Shown one piece after another: positions 22,085 to 30,851 of a DNA stretch of 64,000 bases. This DNA comes from Vulcanimicrobiota bacterium. Lineage in GTDB: Bacteria > Vulcanimicrobiota > Vulcanimicrobiia > Eremiobacterales > Eremiobacteraceae. Position 1 is the first letter of the stretch. Every line of letters begins with the position of its first letter. The notes under the pieces are model-generated. The model worked only from the letters and a program-made list of their open reading frames with translations. It was not told the DNA's origin and made no database searches. Where the stretch lies: contig CAWETU010000001.1 of the NCBI GenBank assembly GCA_963812135.1, positions 512,001 to 576,000 on the forward strand, in the 5' to 3' direction. The position numbers were made by a program, and so were the translations under genes.

Positions 22085-23548
22085 GTGAATCGTAAGCTTT
22101 ACTTGACGACGATGTCGCGCGCGCTCGCCGTGCTCGCCGCGCTGGCGTGCACCGCGGTCGCGATCATCCCTGGCGTTCCCGCGGCGCGCGGCGCCGGCAC
22201 GGTCGCCCTCGCGGTCATCTCACCTGAGAATAGCGGCGCTGTCACGCCTGCAATCTTGTCGCAAGTCGCCCAAGCCATGTACGACGGCGTCGTCGCTAGC
22301 GGACGATATGACGTGAAGGGCGGCGGGCCGCTCAAGATCCAACTCGCCTCCGACGGCGACGCGCTCGCCGCGGCGTTGTCGGCGGGCAGCAAAGCCGAAG
22401 CCGACCAAGTGCTCATCACCGACGTGCTCAAGGTCACCAACGGCAAGATCCTTTACCGCATGACGATCTACAGGATCGACCCGGTGACGTTCGGCCGGTC
22501 ACAAGTCTTCCAGCAGCCGTTCCCGCCGACCGATGCGCACGTGTTCTCATCGCAGTTCGGCAGCGACCTCGCCGCGCTCGAGGCGCCGCGCACCAACACC
22601 GGCACGATCTACGCGGTCGAAGCGTCCGGCGTGTACACCGACACCGGCGCGGCCAACGGGTTCCACCTCGGCCAGCGCTTCAACGTCGTGCGCCTCGGCA
22701 AGAAAGTCGCCGAAGCGCAGATCAGCGGGATCACCGACGTCAACGCGACCATCGAAATCCTGAACCCGACCCCGAGCTACCGGCCGGAGGTCGGCGATCT
22801 TCTGATCAGCCAAGAACCTGGCCCCGCGATTCCGGTCAACAACACGATGACGAAGAGCGGCGGCAACGGCGCGTTGGATGTCATCGCGCTGCTGGTCGGC
22901 GCCGGCGCTGCGCTCTTGGCGATCGGCCACCACGGCAATCCGGCTACTTTGGACTGCCCACCACCGACGCCGTCCGGATCGTCGTGCGTGAGCCCGTCGC
23001 CGACGGGCACTGGTGCGGGAAGCTTCACGGTCATCGAAAGCAGTGTGGTCGCACCGAACCAGCGCATACCGACGTTCACCTTCATCTTCAGCAAGCCCGT
23101 ACAAAACGCGGCGACCTTCGACTTCACAAGCATCGGTCAGATATACGTCCTCGATCAGGTACCACCGAACCCCGCGGGACCGCCTGGATCTGTCAGCGGG
23201 TTCGCGGGTGCGGGTGCGACGGCATCGTTCGACGGAACTGGCACGACGCTCACAGTCGCCGTCAGCAGTGCGCTCACGCCTGGGCACGCATACTTCATCA
23301 ACTTCACGGCCGGCGTCTTGGCGACGGACTCGACGATGCTAACGCCGGCGAGCTTCCGCTATCCTTCATCGGGTACGATCACCTCGGCCTTCATCCACCC
23401 GATGCCGGGTGTGAAGGCGAACGCGCCAGTGTCCAATCCTAATGGAGGCAATGGCCAGGGCGGCAGCAATAATGGTAATAGCGGCAACAACGGACCGAAG
23501 GGTCCGCCGCCTCAGCCTGGCGGCCATGGGCCGCATTCTGGACAATAA
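22085..23548 (+). CDS. Exported multidomain protein (FlgT/CsgG-like + hydrophobic segment + Ig-like domain)
   Basis: SD AAGGAG; signal peptide; FlgT_C-like GTIYAV...TGAANGFHLGQRFNV...VGDLL; Big_5-like FSKPV...LTPGHAYFI; G/N/P-rich tail. Confidence 0.65.
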   Translation: MNRKLYLTTMSRALAVLAALACTAVAIIPGVPAARGAGTVALAVISPENSGAVTPAILSQVAQAMYDGVVASGRYDVKGGGPLKIQLASDGDALAAALSAGSKAEADQVLITDVLKVTNGKILYRMTIYRIDPVTFGRSQVFQQPFPPTDAHVFSSQFGSDLAALEAPRTNTGTIYAVEASGVYTDTGAANGFHLGQRFNVVRLGKKVAEAQISGITDVNATIEILNPTPSYRPEVGDLLISQEPGPAIPVNNTMTKSGGNGALDVIALLVGAGAALLAIGHHGNPATLDCPPPTPSGSSCVSPSPTGTGAGSFTVIESSVVAPNQRIPTFTFIFSKPVQNAATFDFTSIGQIYVLDQVPPNPAGPPGSVSGFAGAGATASFDGTGTTLTVAVSSALTPGHAYFINFTAGVLATDSTMLTPASFRYPSSGTITSAFIHPMPGVKANAPVSNPNGGNGQGGSNNGNSGNNGPKGPPPQPGGHGPHSGQ

Positions 23549-23586
23549 GCGAGAACAGCTGTAGAACCCGAGCTAGTTTCGGGTGC

Positions 23587-23617
23587 GCCTCGGGCGAACG
23601 CTCGAGGCTCTTTTTTT
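23587..23617 (+). terminator. Rho-independent terminator
   Basis: GCCTCGGGCG-AA-CGCTCGAGGC followed by TCTTTTTTT. Confidence 0.8.
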
Positions 23618-24143
23618 ACAGCCGGTGGTGCAGCATGTACGGGCGCACGATCGGCCGGTAGAGACGCGGCGACATCGAGATCACGACATCGTTGATCGCC
23701 GGATAATAGCGGTCGAAGCCGTTGGCGATCGGGGAATGACGCAGCGTGTCGCGCACCTGCGAATCGATCGGCAAGAACAGCGCGAAATACAGCAATGCGA
23801 AAAAGGTCGCCAACACTTTGGCGCTCGCGATCAGCCCGCCGCCGATGCCGCTCACCAGCGCCGTACCGCGCCACTCGCGGTGCTGGACGTAGAAGCCGAG
23901 CGCGCGCAATGCGGCGTACACGAACAAGAAGACGATCCAAAACGCCATCAGGTGGCGCGACGCTTCGGACAAGGGCCATGTCGGCGGCAGCCCGGACGCG
24001 AACCCGCCCGACCACATGCCCCCGAGCAACGCCGCGAAGACGAGCGAGCCGACGTCGAAGAACTCAGGGATGAGCCCGGTGCGCCAGCCGCACGCAAACG
24101 CGATCGCCAACGTGAGCAACGCGAGACCGTCGATCCACGTCAC
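23616..24143 (-). CDS. CvpA family membrane protein
   Basis: WIDGLALL..AFACGWRTGLIPE N-terminus, about 4 TMs; overlaps the pheT stop. Confidence 0.75.
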   Translation of the reverse strand: MTWIDGLALLTLAIAFACGWRTGLIPEFFDVGSLVFAALLGGMWSGGFASGLPPTWPLSEASRHLMAFWIVFLFVYAALRALGFYVQHREWRGTALVSGIGGGLIASAKVLATFFALLYFALFLPIDSQVRDTLRHSPIANGFDRYYPAINDVVISMSPRLYRPIVRPYMLHHRL

Positions 24144-26623
24144 GACGCGTCGCCCCGCAGCGTCGCGCCGAAGCGCTCGCGCACTGCGTTGATGATCAGC
24201 GCCATCGCGGCGTCCGCCTCAGCATCGGTGATGGTGGTGTCGAGCTTACGCAGCCGCACGGTCAACGCCACGCTCTTCTTGCCGGCAGGCACTTGCGGAC
24301 CGCGGTACTCGTCGAACGCGCGGACGTCTTCGAATGCAGGCGCGCCGGCGGCTCGCACCGCCATCATGAGTTGGCCCGCCTCGACCGAGGCGTCCACGAC
24401 GACCGCGATATCGCGCTGCGTTCCCGGGAATTTCGGCAACGGGCGATACGCGAGGACCGGTCTCGTCGCCGGCAGATTTTCCAGGTGCAGCATGAAGGCG
24501 TAACTGCGCTGCGGCAGATCGTATGCGGCCGCAAGCCGCGGGTGCAGGCGTCCGAATTTCGCCACCGGCCGATCATGGATCTCGATCGTGCCGCTCGCGC
24601 CCGGATGGAAATAGCCGCGGGCTTTGGAGCGCGTCTCACCCGGCGTGCCGGCAAGCATCGTGACGAGCGCCTCAGCCTCACCTTTGACCTGGAGGAGCCG
24701 CCGGTCGATGGCGGCGTTCTCGCTCGCATCGTCGGCGAAGACCGTTAACGCGCACAATGAAGGCCACTCGATGACGCCGGCCGTTTCATAGGCGCCTGCC
24801 ACCGGCAACGGAACATCGTTCGATGGATCGTGATGGTGGGCGTGCGCCGGCTCGCCTTCGGCTTGCCGGAAGATGTGGCCGATCTCGAACAGCCGCAGCT
24901 GGCCGCCGGCGTGCTTCCACGAACGCGCGGCGATCTCGAGCACGCCGGGCAACAGGCTCGGCCGCAAAAAGCGCTGCTCGTCCGACAACGGATTGACCAC
25001 CGGCACCGGTGTTTTCCAAAACGGCAGGCCGGAGCGCTCCCACGCGGCGATCGTGCGGCTGCCTTGGAGCGCGAGCGCGACGACTTCGTGATAGCCGAGC
25101 GCGGCAGCCCGGTGCGCGAGCAAAGTCTCTTGATCGAACAGGCTCTCGTCGACGTCCTGCGGCGATGCGTTGTCGCGTCGCTCGGCGATCGAGTAGAAAC
25201 CCACGCCGCGCGCGATCTCCTCGACGACGTCGATCTCGTCGTTGACGTCGCCGCGCCAGTACGGCGGGGTCACTTGGAGCGGCGCGTTTCCCTTGACGGT
25301 GAAGCCGATCGTCGCAAGCGTTTGCGCCATCGCATCGCTGCTCAGATCCGTGCCGAGCACGTGATTCACGCGCACGGGGCGCACCGCGATCTTCTTCGGC
25401 GCGCGTTCGCGCTGCCCGACATCGATGACGCGCGACGGCACCGCGCCCGCGGCGACGAGCAGCGCCGCTGCGGCGCGGCGTCCGAGCTCGGGATACTCGA
25501 GCGGCAGATCTTTCTCGTGGCGCGCGCTGGCTTCGGTGCGTAACCCGAGCGCGACCGCGGCGCGACGCACCGCGGCGCCCGCGAAGTTGGCCGCTTCGAT
25601 GAACAGTTCGGTCGTCGAGTCGGCGACGCCAGAGCTCTCGCCGCCGAACACGCCGGCGACGCCCACCACGCCCTGCGCGTCTGCGATGACGGGCGCGCCG
25701 AGCGGCAGCGGGCGGACGACCCCGTCGAGCGTGACGACGCTTTCGCCCTCGCGCGCGCCGCGCGCCGCGAGGACGCCGCCGCGGATGCGCGCGGCGTCAT
25801 AGAAGTGCAGCGGCTGGCCCGTCTCGAGCATCGCATAATTCGAGATGTCGACGAGCAGATCGATGCTGCGGATGCCGGCGGCGTGCAGCCGGAGCGTCAG
25901 CCACATCGGCGAGCGCCGCGCGCGTACGCCGCTGAATTGTTGGCCGACGAAACGCCGGCACAGCGCCTCATCGTCGATGGATACCTTGATCGCAGGCGCG
26001 GCGGTGCCGGCGTTCTCTTCGAATTGCGGCTCGCGCCACGGCACGCCGAGGCCGGCAGCGACTTCGCGCGCCAAGCCGATGATCGACAAACAGTCGGGGC
26101 GGTTCGACGGCACCTCCACATCGAGCACCGCGCCGCCGAAGCGGACGGCGCGCCAAAAATCCTCGCCGATCGGTGCGTCGTCGTCCAGGATGAGGATGCC
26201 GTCTTCGAACTCGCCCGGCAGCGCGAGTTCGGTCGACGAGCACATCATGCCGTTCGATTGGACGCCGCGCAACGCGCTCGCGCTGATCGTCTTGGTCGAT
26301 CCCGCTGCGCCGTCGGTCGCGCCGTGTTCGTACACCTCCGCGCCGACCAGCGCGATCGGCACGCGATTGCCGGCCGCGACGTTATCGGCGCCGGTGACGA
26401 TCTGCAGGCGCTCGTTGCCGACGTCGACGGTGCCGACGAGCAGGCGATCGGCGTTCGGATGGCGCTCGAGCGACTCGACCTTGCCGACCACGATGCGCGC
26501 CGGCGTCGGCTGCGGTTCGATGGCGTCGACGACGAAGCCGCGCGCAGTCAACACGTCGGCGATCGCGCGCGCGTCAGCGGATGTCTGGACGTGCTCGGTG
26601 AGCCACGAAAGCGGCACGCGCAT
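24140..26623 (-). CDS. pheT: Phenylalanine--tRNA ligase beta subunit
   Basis: MRVPLSWL, HPNADRL, RGVQSNGMMCS, NRPDCLS, EEIARG, LRPSLLPG, FDX-ACB domain; TGATG coupling to pheS. Confidence 0.96.
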   Translation of the reverse strand: MRVPLSWLTEHVQTSADARAIADVLTARGFVVDAIEPQPTPARIVVGKVESLERHPNADRLLVGTVDVGNERLQIVTGADNVAAGNRVPIALVGAEVYEHGATDGAAGSTKTISASALRGVQSNGMMCSSTELALPGEFEDGILILDDDAPIGEDFWRAVRFGGAVLDVEVPSNRPDCLSIIGLAREVAAGLGVPWREPQFEENAGTAAPAIKVSIDDEALCRRFVGQQFSGVRARRSPMWLTLRLHAAGIRSIDLLVDISNYAMLETGQPLHFYDAARIRGGVLAARGAREGESVVTLDGVVRPLPLGAPVIADAQGVVGVAGVFGGESSGVADSTTELFIEAANFAGAAVRRAAVALGLRTEASARHEKDLPLEYPELGRRAAAALLVAAGAVPSRVIDVGQRERAPKKIAVRPVRVNHVLGTDLSSDAMAQTLATIGFTVKGNAPLQVTPPYWRGDVNDEIDVVEEIARGVGFYSIAERRDNASPQDVDESLFDQETLLAHRAAALGYHEVVALALQGSRTIAAWERSGLPFWKTPVPVVNPLSDEQRFLRPSLLPGVLEIAARSWKHAGGQLRLFEIGHIFRQAEGEPAHAHHHDPSNDVPLPVAGAYETAGVIEWPSLCALTVFADDASENAAIDRRLLQVKGEAEALVTMLAGTPGETRSKARGYFHPGASGTIEIHDRPVAKFGRLHPRLAAAYDLPQRSYAFMLHLENLPATRPVLAYRPLPKFPGTQRDIAVVVDASVEAGQLMMAVRAAGAPAFEDVRAFDEYRGPQVPAGKKSVALTVRLRKLDTTITDAEADAAMALIINAVRERFGATLRGDAS

Positions 26624-27645
26624 CAGGCGAACTGCTCCAAGAAAGCGGGATCGTTCTCCGTGAACAGCCGGATGTCGTCGATGCAGTGTCGCAGCATCGT
26701 GATGCGCTCGATGCCCAGGCCCCACGCCCAGCCGGTGAATTCTTCCGGATCGTAGCCTGCCAGACGCAGCACGTTCGGATGCACCATCCCGCAGCCGCCC
26801 ATCTCGAGCCAGCCCGAACCTTTGCACACGCGACACCCGGCGCCGTCGCACGTCGCGCACGAAAGGTCGATCTCTGCCGACGGTTCGGTGAACGGGAAAT
26901 ACGACGGCCGAAAGCGCGTGCGCCGCGATTTACCCATGAGATGGCGGCACAGATCGCTTGCAAATCCTTTGAGGTGGCCGAACGTGACGCCGCGATCGAC
27001 GTGCAGACCTTCGATCTGGTGGAACATGAACGAGTGGCTGGCGTCGAGCGCATCGCGCCGATACGCCTTGCCGGGTACGAGCACCGCGAGCGGCGGCGGG
27101 TACGTCTGCATCGCGCGCATCTGCACGGGCGACGTGTGCGGGCGAAGCAGCGTCCCCGGTGGGAGATAGAACGTGTCCATGCCTTCGCGCGCTGGATGAT
27201 CGGCCGGGATGTTCATCGCTTCAAACGCGTAGAACTCGGTCTCGACCTCGGGTCCGGTGATCACCGCGAAGCCGCGCGAGCGGAAATACGCCGCGACATC
27301 TTCGAGCGTGCTGCGCAGCGGGTGGATGCTGCCGATGCGTGGGGGAATCGCGCTGAGCGTGACGTCGTAGCGCTGGCCGAGCTCGCCGGCGAGTGCCTTG
27401 TCTTCGATGCGCGACTGCGCCTGCGCCAGCGCCGCTTCGATTGCCGCCTTCGCCTCGTTCGCCGCCTTGCCGAACGCGGCGCGGTCGTCCGCTGGAAGTT
27501 TGGCGAGGCTCGCCATGGCCGCGGACAGCTTGCCGCCCTTGCGCCCCAAGAACGCCGTGCGCAGCGCCTCGACGTCCTCCATGGTGGAGGCCGCAGCCGC
27601 GCGCTCGCGCGCCTCGTCCTGGAGCTGTTTTAGTTGGTCGCTCAC
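26623..27645 (-). CDS. pheS: Phenylalanine--tRNA ligase alpha subunit
   Basis: HPAR, LLRPHTSPVQ, FHQIEG, YFPFTEPSAE, GCGMVHP, GLGIER. Confidence 0.98.
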   Translation of the reverse strand: MSDQLKQLQDEARERAAAASTMEDVEALRTAFLGRKGGKLSAAMASLAKLPADDRAAFGKAANEAKAAIEAALAQAQSRIEDKALAGELGQRYDVTLSAIPPRIGSIHPLRSTLEDVAAYFRSRGFAVITGPEVETEFYAFEAMNIPADHPAREGMDTFYLPPGTLLRPHTSPVQMRAMQTYPPPLAVLVPGKAYRRDALDASHSFMFHQIEGLHVDRGVTFGHLKGFASDLCRHLMGKSRRTRFRPSYFPFTEPSAEIDLSCATCDGAGCRVCKGSGWLEMGGCGMVHPNVLRLAGYDPEEFTGWAWGLGIERITMLRHCIDDIRLFTENDPAFLEQFA

Positions 27646-27668
27646 ATCGTCTCGCTCACGCCGCCCCG

Positions 27669-27701
27669 AAATACAAAGATGGCCGCATCTCTGCGGCCAC
27701 C
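27669..27701 (-). terminator. Intrinsic terminator/attenuator hairpin upstream of pheS
   Basis: GGTGGCCGCA-GAGA-TGCGGCCATC then TTTGTATTT. Confidence 0.7.
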
Positions 27702-27725
27702 GTACATAGAAGAAACTCGATTATC

Positions 27726-27824
27726 CTAGTGGGACCCTGATGGTGCCATTCGGCGGTAGATGAGATACGCTTTGACGGAGCCAGTGGTGATGAACAAGTT
27801 CCAAAACAGCACTGGTGAAAGCAT
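27726..27824 (-). CDS. 32-aa YqzL-like small protein (not in ORF track)
   Basis: MLSPVLFWNLFITTGSVKAYLIYRRMAPSGSH; W-x2-F-x2-TG-x3-AY-L-x-Y pattern; SD AAGGAGGT upstream. Confidence 0.7.
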   Translation of the reverse strand: MLSPVLFWNLFITTGSVKAYLIYRRMAPSGSH

Positions 27825-27867
27825 CCGGATTTCCAGACCTCCTTCGTACTCCTGTTCGCCGGACCTG

Positions 27868-27896
27868 AGTATAACATAGGTACGTACGCATAACAA
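27868..27896 (-). promoter_or_regulatory. Sigma70-type promoter with extended -10
   Basis: TTGTTA-17 nt-TATACT, with TG one base upstream of the -10. Confidence 0.7.
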
Positions 27897-27933
27897 GGGT
27901 GTGGAGGACTTGACATTTTACCGAACTTTGTTC

Positions 27934-28755
27934 TCACTGTTCAGCGCTTAGTTGAGATCCACGACGCGCCAATTCGTAGAGCAATATCGAGCCTGCGACG
28001 GCGACGTTGAGCGACTCGCCTTGCGGGCGCTGCGGTATCCCGACCGTGAGGGCGACCGCATCAGCTGGGAGCGCGCTCAGCCCCCGGCGCTCGTTTCCCA
28101 GGATCAACGCGCTGCGGGCCGGCGGCTGGACCGAACGTATGTCCGGTGCGCCGGCGGCGGCGCCGACGCCCTTCATGCCGATCTGTTCCAGGGACTTGGC
28201 GAGTTCAGGCCACGCCTCGTAGCGCACGATGGGTACTCGAAACAACGCTCCCATGGTCGCTCGCACAAGCTTATCGTTGTACGGCTCGACCGATTCGGGA
28301 CCGAAGCAGACCGCCCGCACGCCGAACGCCTCGGCGGTGCGCACGAGCGTGCCGGCATTGCCCGGATCGTCAAGATCGTGGAGCACGAGAATCGTCGCCG
28401 GACCGTCGGCCGGCACGAGCGCTGCGAGATCCTCCGGACCCTTACGTTCGACAAAGGGGACTTGCGCGACAATGCCCTGCGGCGCGCGCGTCTGCGCAAG
28501 CGAAACCAACGTGCGCTCGTCGACGGTGTACACGGGCACACCCGCGGCCTCGGCCGCAGCGGCGGACGCATCGCTCGCCGCGCTGCGTTCGGGCAGATAG
28601 AAAAGGGCGGTGGGCATCGCGTCGGCATCGAGCGCCGCGCTCACCAACGCCGGCCCCTCAATGAGAAAGCACCGCGCGCTGGCGCGATGCTTTTTCGAGT
28701 GCAGAAGACGGGCTGCGCGGACGTGCGGACTATGGAAGCCCGCCGTCACCGCCAT
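27934..28755 (-). CDS. TrmH/SpoU family RNA methyltransferase
   Basis: FLIEG, PQGI, DPGNAGTLVRTAEAFG, RATMG, LGNERRG, ESLNVAVA. Confidence 0.93.
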   Translation of the reverse strand: MAVTAGFHSPHVRAARLLHSKKHRASARCFLIEGPALVSAALDADAMPTALFYLPERSAASDASAAAAEAAGVPVYTVDERTLVSLAQTRAPQGIVAQVPFVERKGPEDLAALVPADGPATILVLHDLDDPGNAGTLVRTAEAFGVRAVCFGPESVEPYNDKLVRATMGALFRVPIVRYEAWPELAKSLEQIGMKGVGAAAGAPDIRSVQPPARSALILGNERRGLSALPADAVALTVGIPQRPQGESLNVAVAGSILLYELARRGSQLSAEQ

Positions 28756-28759
28756 GCGT

Positions 28760-29134
28760 CTAAGCTCCGGCGGCTGCCGCCGGAACGTGCTTCTTCGCGA
28801 TCTCGAGCAGCCGTCCGAATGCGGCTTGGTCGTTGATCGCGAGGTCGGCGAGCACTTTGCGGTTGATCGCCAGGCCTTCTTTCTTGAGCCCGCTCATGAG
28901 CCGGCTGTAGGTGAGCCCTTCGCGCCGCGCCGCGGCGTTGATGCGCGCGATCCACAGCGCGCGGAAATCGCGCTTGCGGACGCGCCGGTCGCGAAACGCA
29001 TACGTCAGCGAGTGCAGCAGCGCTTCGTTCGCTGCTTTGTACGTCCGGCCGCGGGCACCCCGGAAGCCTTTGACGGCCTTGAGCACCTTGCGTCGCTTGT
29101 TGAGCGACATCATCCCGCGTTTCACGCGTGCCAT
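28760..29134 (-). CDS. rplT: 50S ribosomal protein L20
   Basis: MARVKRG, YAFRDRR..KRDFRALWIARINAA. Confidence 0.98.
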   Translation of the reverse strand: MARVKRGMMSLNKRRKVLKAVKGFRGARGRTYKAANEALLHSLTYAFRDRRVRKRDFRALWIARINAAARREGLTYSRLMSGLKKEGLAINRKVLADLAINDQAAFGRLLEIAKKHVPAAAAGA

Positions 29135-29152
29135 AATCTAATTTCCTTATAT

Positions 29153-29195
29153 GTAGCGGTCGAATTTGTTTCGACCGTTGAATTTATTCGACCGT
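29153..29195 (+). repeat. GTAG-type REP-like palindrome, full copy plus tandem half copy
   Basis: GTAG-CGGTCGAA-TTTGT-TTCGACCG followed by TTGAATTTATTCGACCGT. Confidence 0.65.
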
Positions 29196-29399
29196 TTATG
29201 CATACGGCAGATGGACTTGCAGCTTCTTCAGGTCCGTCTTGTCGACGAGGGTCTTCTTGCGGAACTTGCGGATCCGCTTGGGCGACTTCTTGGTGAGGAT
29301 ATGGCTGCATCCCGAGAACTGGCGCTCCCGGAGGAACTTCCCTGTCCCCGTTTTCTTGACGCGCTTCGCCGTCGCGCGGTGCGTTTTCAACTTAGGCAT
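29196..29399 (-). CDS. rpmI: 50S ribosomal protein L35
   Basis: MPKLKTHRATAKRVKKTGTGK...HILTKKS...LPYA. Confidence 0.97.
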   Translation of the reverse strand: MPKLKTHRATAKRVKKTGTGKFLRERQFSGCSHILTKKSPKRIRKFRKKTLVDKTDLKKLQVHLPYA

Positions 29400-30003
29400 T
29401 CTTGACCTCAACCTCAACTGGCTTTTCGTGGTGCTTGGCGGCCTCGGCGGCGATGTGCGCCGCTTTGGTCGCGCTGTGCGCAGCGACGACTTCCGGCTTC
29501 GGCGAGAGGATCATGAACATGTTGCGTCCCTCAAGCCGTGGCTCGCGCTCCACGATCGCGATCGGCGCGGTGTCTTGCGCCATGCGATCGAGCAGCCGCC
29601 TGCCGTGCTGCGAGTAGGAGATCTCTCGACCGCGGAACATGATCGTGACCTTCAGTTTATCGCCGTCCTGCAACAGCCGTTCGGCGGTATGGAACTTGGT
29701 CTGGTAGTCGTGTTCCTCGATCTTCGGACGGAGCTTGACCTCCTTGAGCTCCATCTTGTGCGACTTCTTTCGAGTCTCTCGGTCTTTCTTGTCCTGCTCG
29801 TATCGGAGCCGCCCGTAGTCATCGAGCCGGCAAACCGGCGGCGCTGCGGTGGGCGAGACTTCGATCAGGTCGACGCCGCGTTCGCGGGCTAACCGGATGG
29901 CGTCGTAGGTGGACATGATGCCGAGTTGGGCGCCGTCATCCGCGATCACGCGGACCTGGGGCACCCGGATCTGTTCGTTGACGCGGAGCGCTTTCGAGCT
30001 AAT
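29392..30003 (-). CDS. infC: Translation initiation factor IF-3 (probable ATT start)
   Basis: ATT AGC TCG AAA... gives (I)SSKALRVNEQIRVPQVRVI; KEVKLRPKIEEHDY, FRGRE; in-frame stops just upstream. Confidence 0.93.
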   Translation of the reverse strand: MSSKALRVNEQIRVPQVRVIADDGAQLGIMSTYDAIRLARERGVDLIEVSPTAAPPVCRLDDYGRLRYEQDKKDRETRKKSHKMELKEVKLRPKIEEHDYQTKFHTAERLLQDGDKLKVTIMFRGREISYSQHGRRLLDRMAQDTAPIAIVEREPRLEGRNMFMILSPKPEVVAAHSATKAAHIAAEAAKHHEKPVEVEVKNA

Positions 30004-30059
30004 GGCGGGTGATTTCGCCGCGCGTCATCACGCTGGTATTCGTTGGCGACCTCCTCTAA

Positions 30060-30185
30060 TAAAAAAGCCTGCTGATGCAGGCTACCCTCAAAGCAAAGCG
30101 TGAGCTTTTGATTTTCGGCCTTCGTCTTTGCTGACCGGACTGGCAGCCGAGGCGCCGTCCGGTGCGAAGGGTAGTCGTAAGTGCC
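30060..30185 (-). ncRNA. L20-leader-like attenuator in infC 5' UTR
   Basis: CTACCCT/AGGGTAG long-range stem, ACCGGAC/GTCCGGT hairpin, terminator AGCCTGC-ATCA-GCAGGCT-TTTTT; position ahead of infC-rpmI-rplT. Confidence 0.6.
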
Positions 30186-30190
30186 TACGC

Positions 30191-30219
30191 ATTATACCAA
30201 GGCGGAAAGGGACGGTCAA
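30191..30219 (-). promoter_or_regulatory. Sigma70 promoter of the infC operon
   Basis: TTGACC-17 nt-TATAAT with extended -10 TG. Confidence 0.85.
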
Positions 30220-30341
30220 GGGCGCTCCTGCTGCCTCCGACACGCGAAAACGCCTGTCTGCGGGGCGTGGTAGCGGGTGCAACGAAACGCCTGCGTCTCA
30301 CGTTTCCGCTTGGAGTGACATCGTCACGTAAGGAGCCGTTC

Positions 30342-30848
30342 ATGACAGCCCTTCGCATCGTCGTACTGGCCCTGCTCTGCGCGGTGCTCGTCCCTGCCAC
30401 ATCGCCGGCCGCGCCGATTCCCGGCGGCGCCAATCAGGTCAACGCGATCTCAGGCAAGCTGGGCGACACGTTGTGGAACGGCGTGCTGCGCTTCAAAGTC
30501 GTGGAAGTACGCGACGCGACGCCGGCCGATCATCCCGAATCCATCGTGCCCTTGCCGAACCAAAAAGTGCTCGTCGTGACCGCGATTCTGCGCAATGGCA
30601 CGAACAGCGACTGGGGCGAACTCGTCAGCTACACGCTGGCCGATCAGAACGACGTCGTGTTCGAAATACCTGGGCACCTATTCACGCCGGTCGCGCTCCA
30701 CATCGCACCGGCTGCGGCCGTCCGCCAAACGGCGTTGGTGCCGATCGACAAGACCTTCGTGCCGGTGAAACTGATCTTCTCATGCGGTTCGTGCGCGAAG
30801 GGCAGCTTCAAGCCGTTTCGCGTGACGTTGACGCCGCCCGCGCAGTAG
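30342..30848 (+). CDS. Secreted hypothetical protein (Ig-like, DUF4352-like)
   Basis: SD AAGGAG; signal peptide; KLGDTL.NGVLRFKVVEV...VVTAILRN beta-sandwich pattern. Confidence 0.7.
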   Translation: MTALRIVVLALLCAVLVPATSPAAPIPGGANQVNAISGKLGDTLWNGVLRFKVVEVRDATPADHPESIVPLPNQKVLVVTAILRNGTNSDWGELVSYTLADQNDVVFEIPGHLFTPVALHIAPAAAVRQTALVPIDKTFVPVKLIFSCGSCAKGSFKPFRVTLTPPAQ

Positions 30849-30851
30849 ACG

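Noticed and set aside
27690..27900. Possible T-box riboswitch upstream of pheS (GGTGG at about 27701)
   Set aside because: Lacks the GGTGGnACC bulge and stem I GA/AG motifs; the space is occupied by the small ORF
27656..27937. 93-aa minus-strand ORF from the track
   Set aside because: Runs across promoter and terminator; the 32-aa ORF in another frame has the SD and the family-like motif
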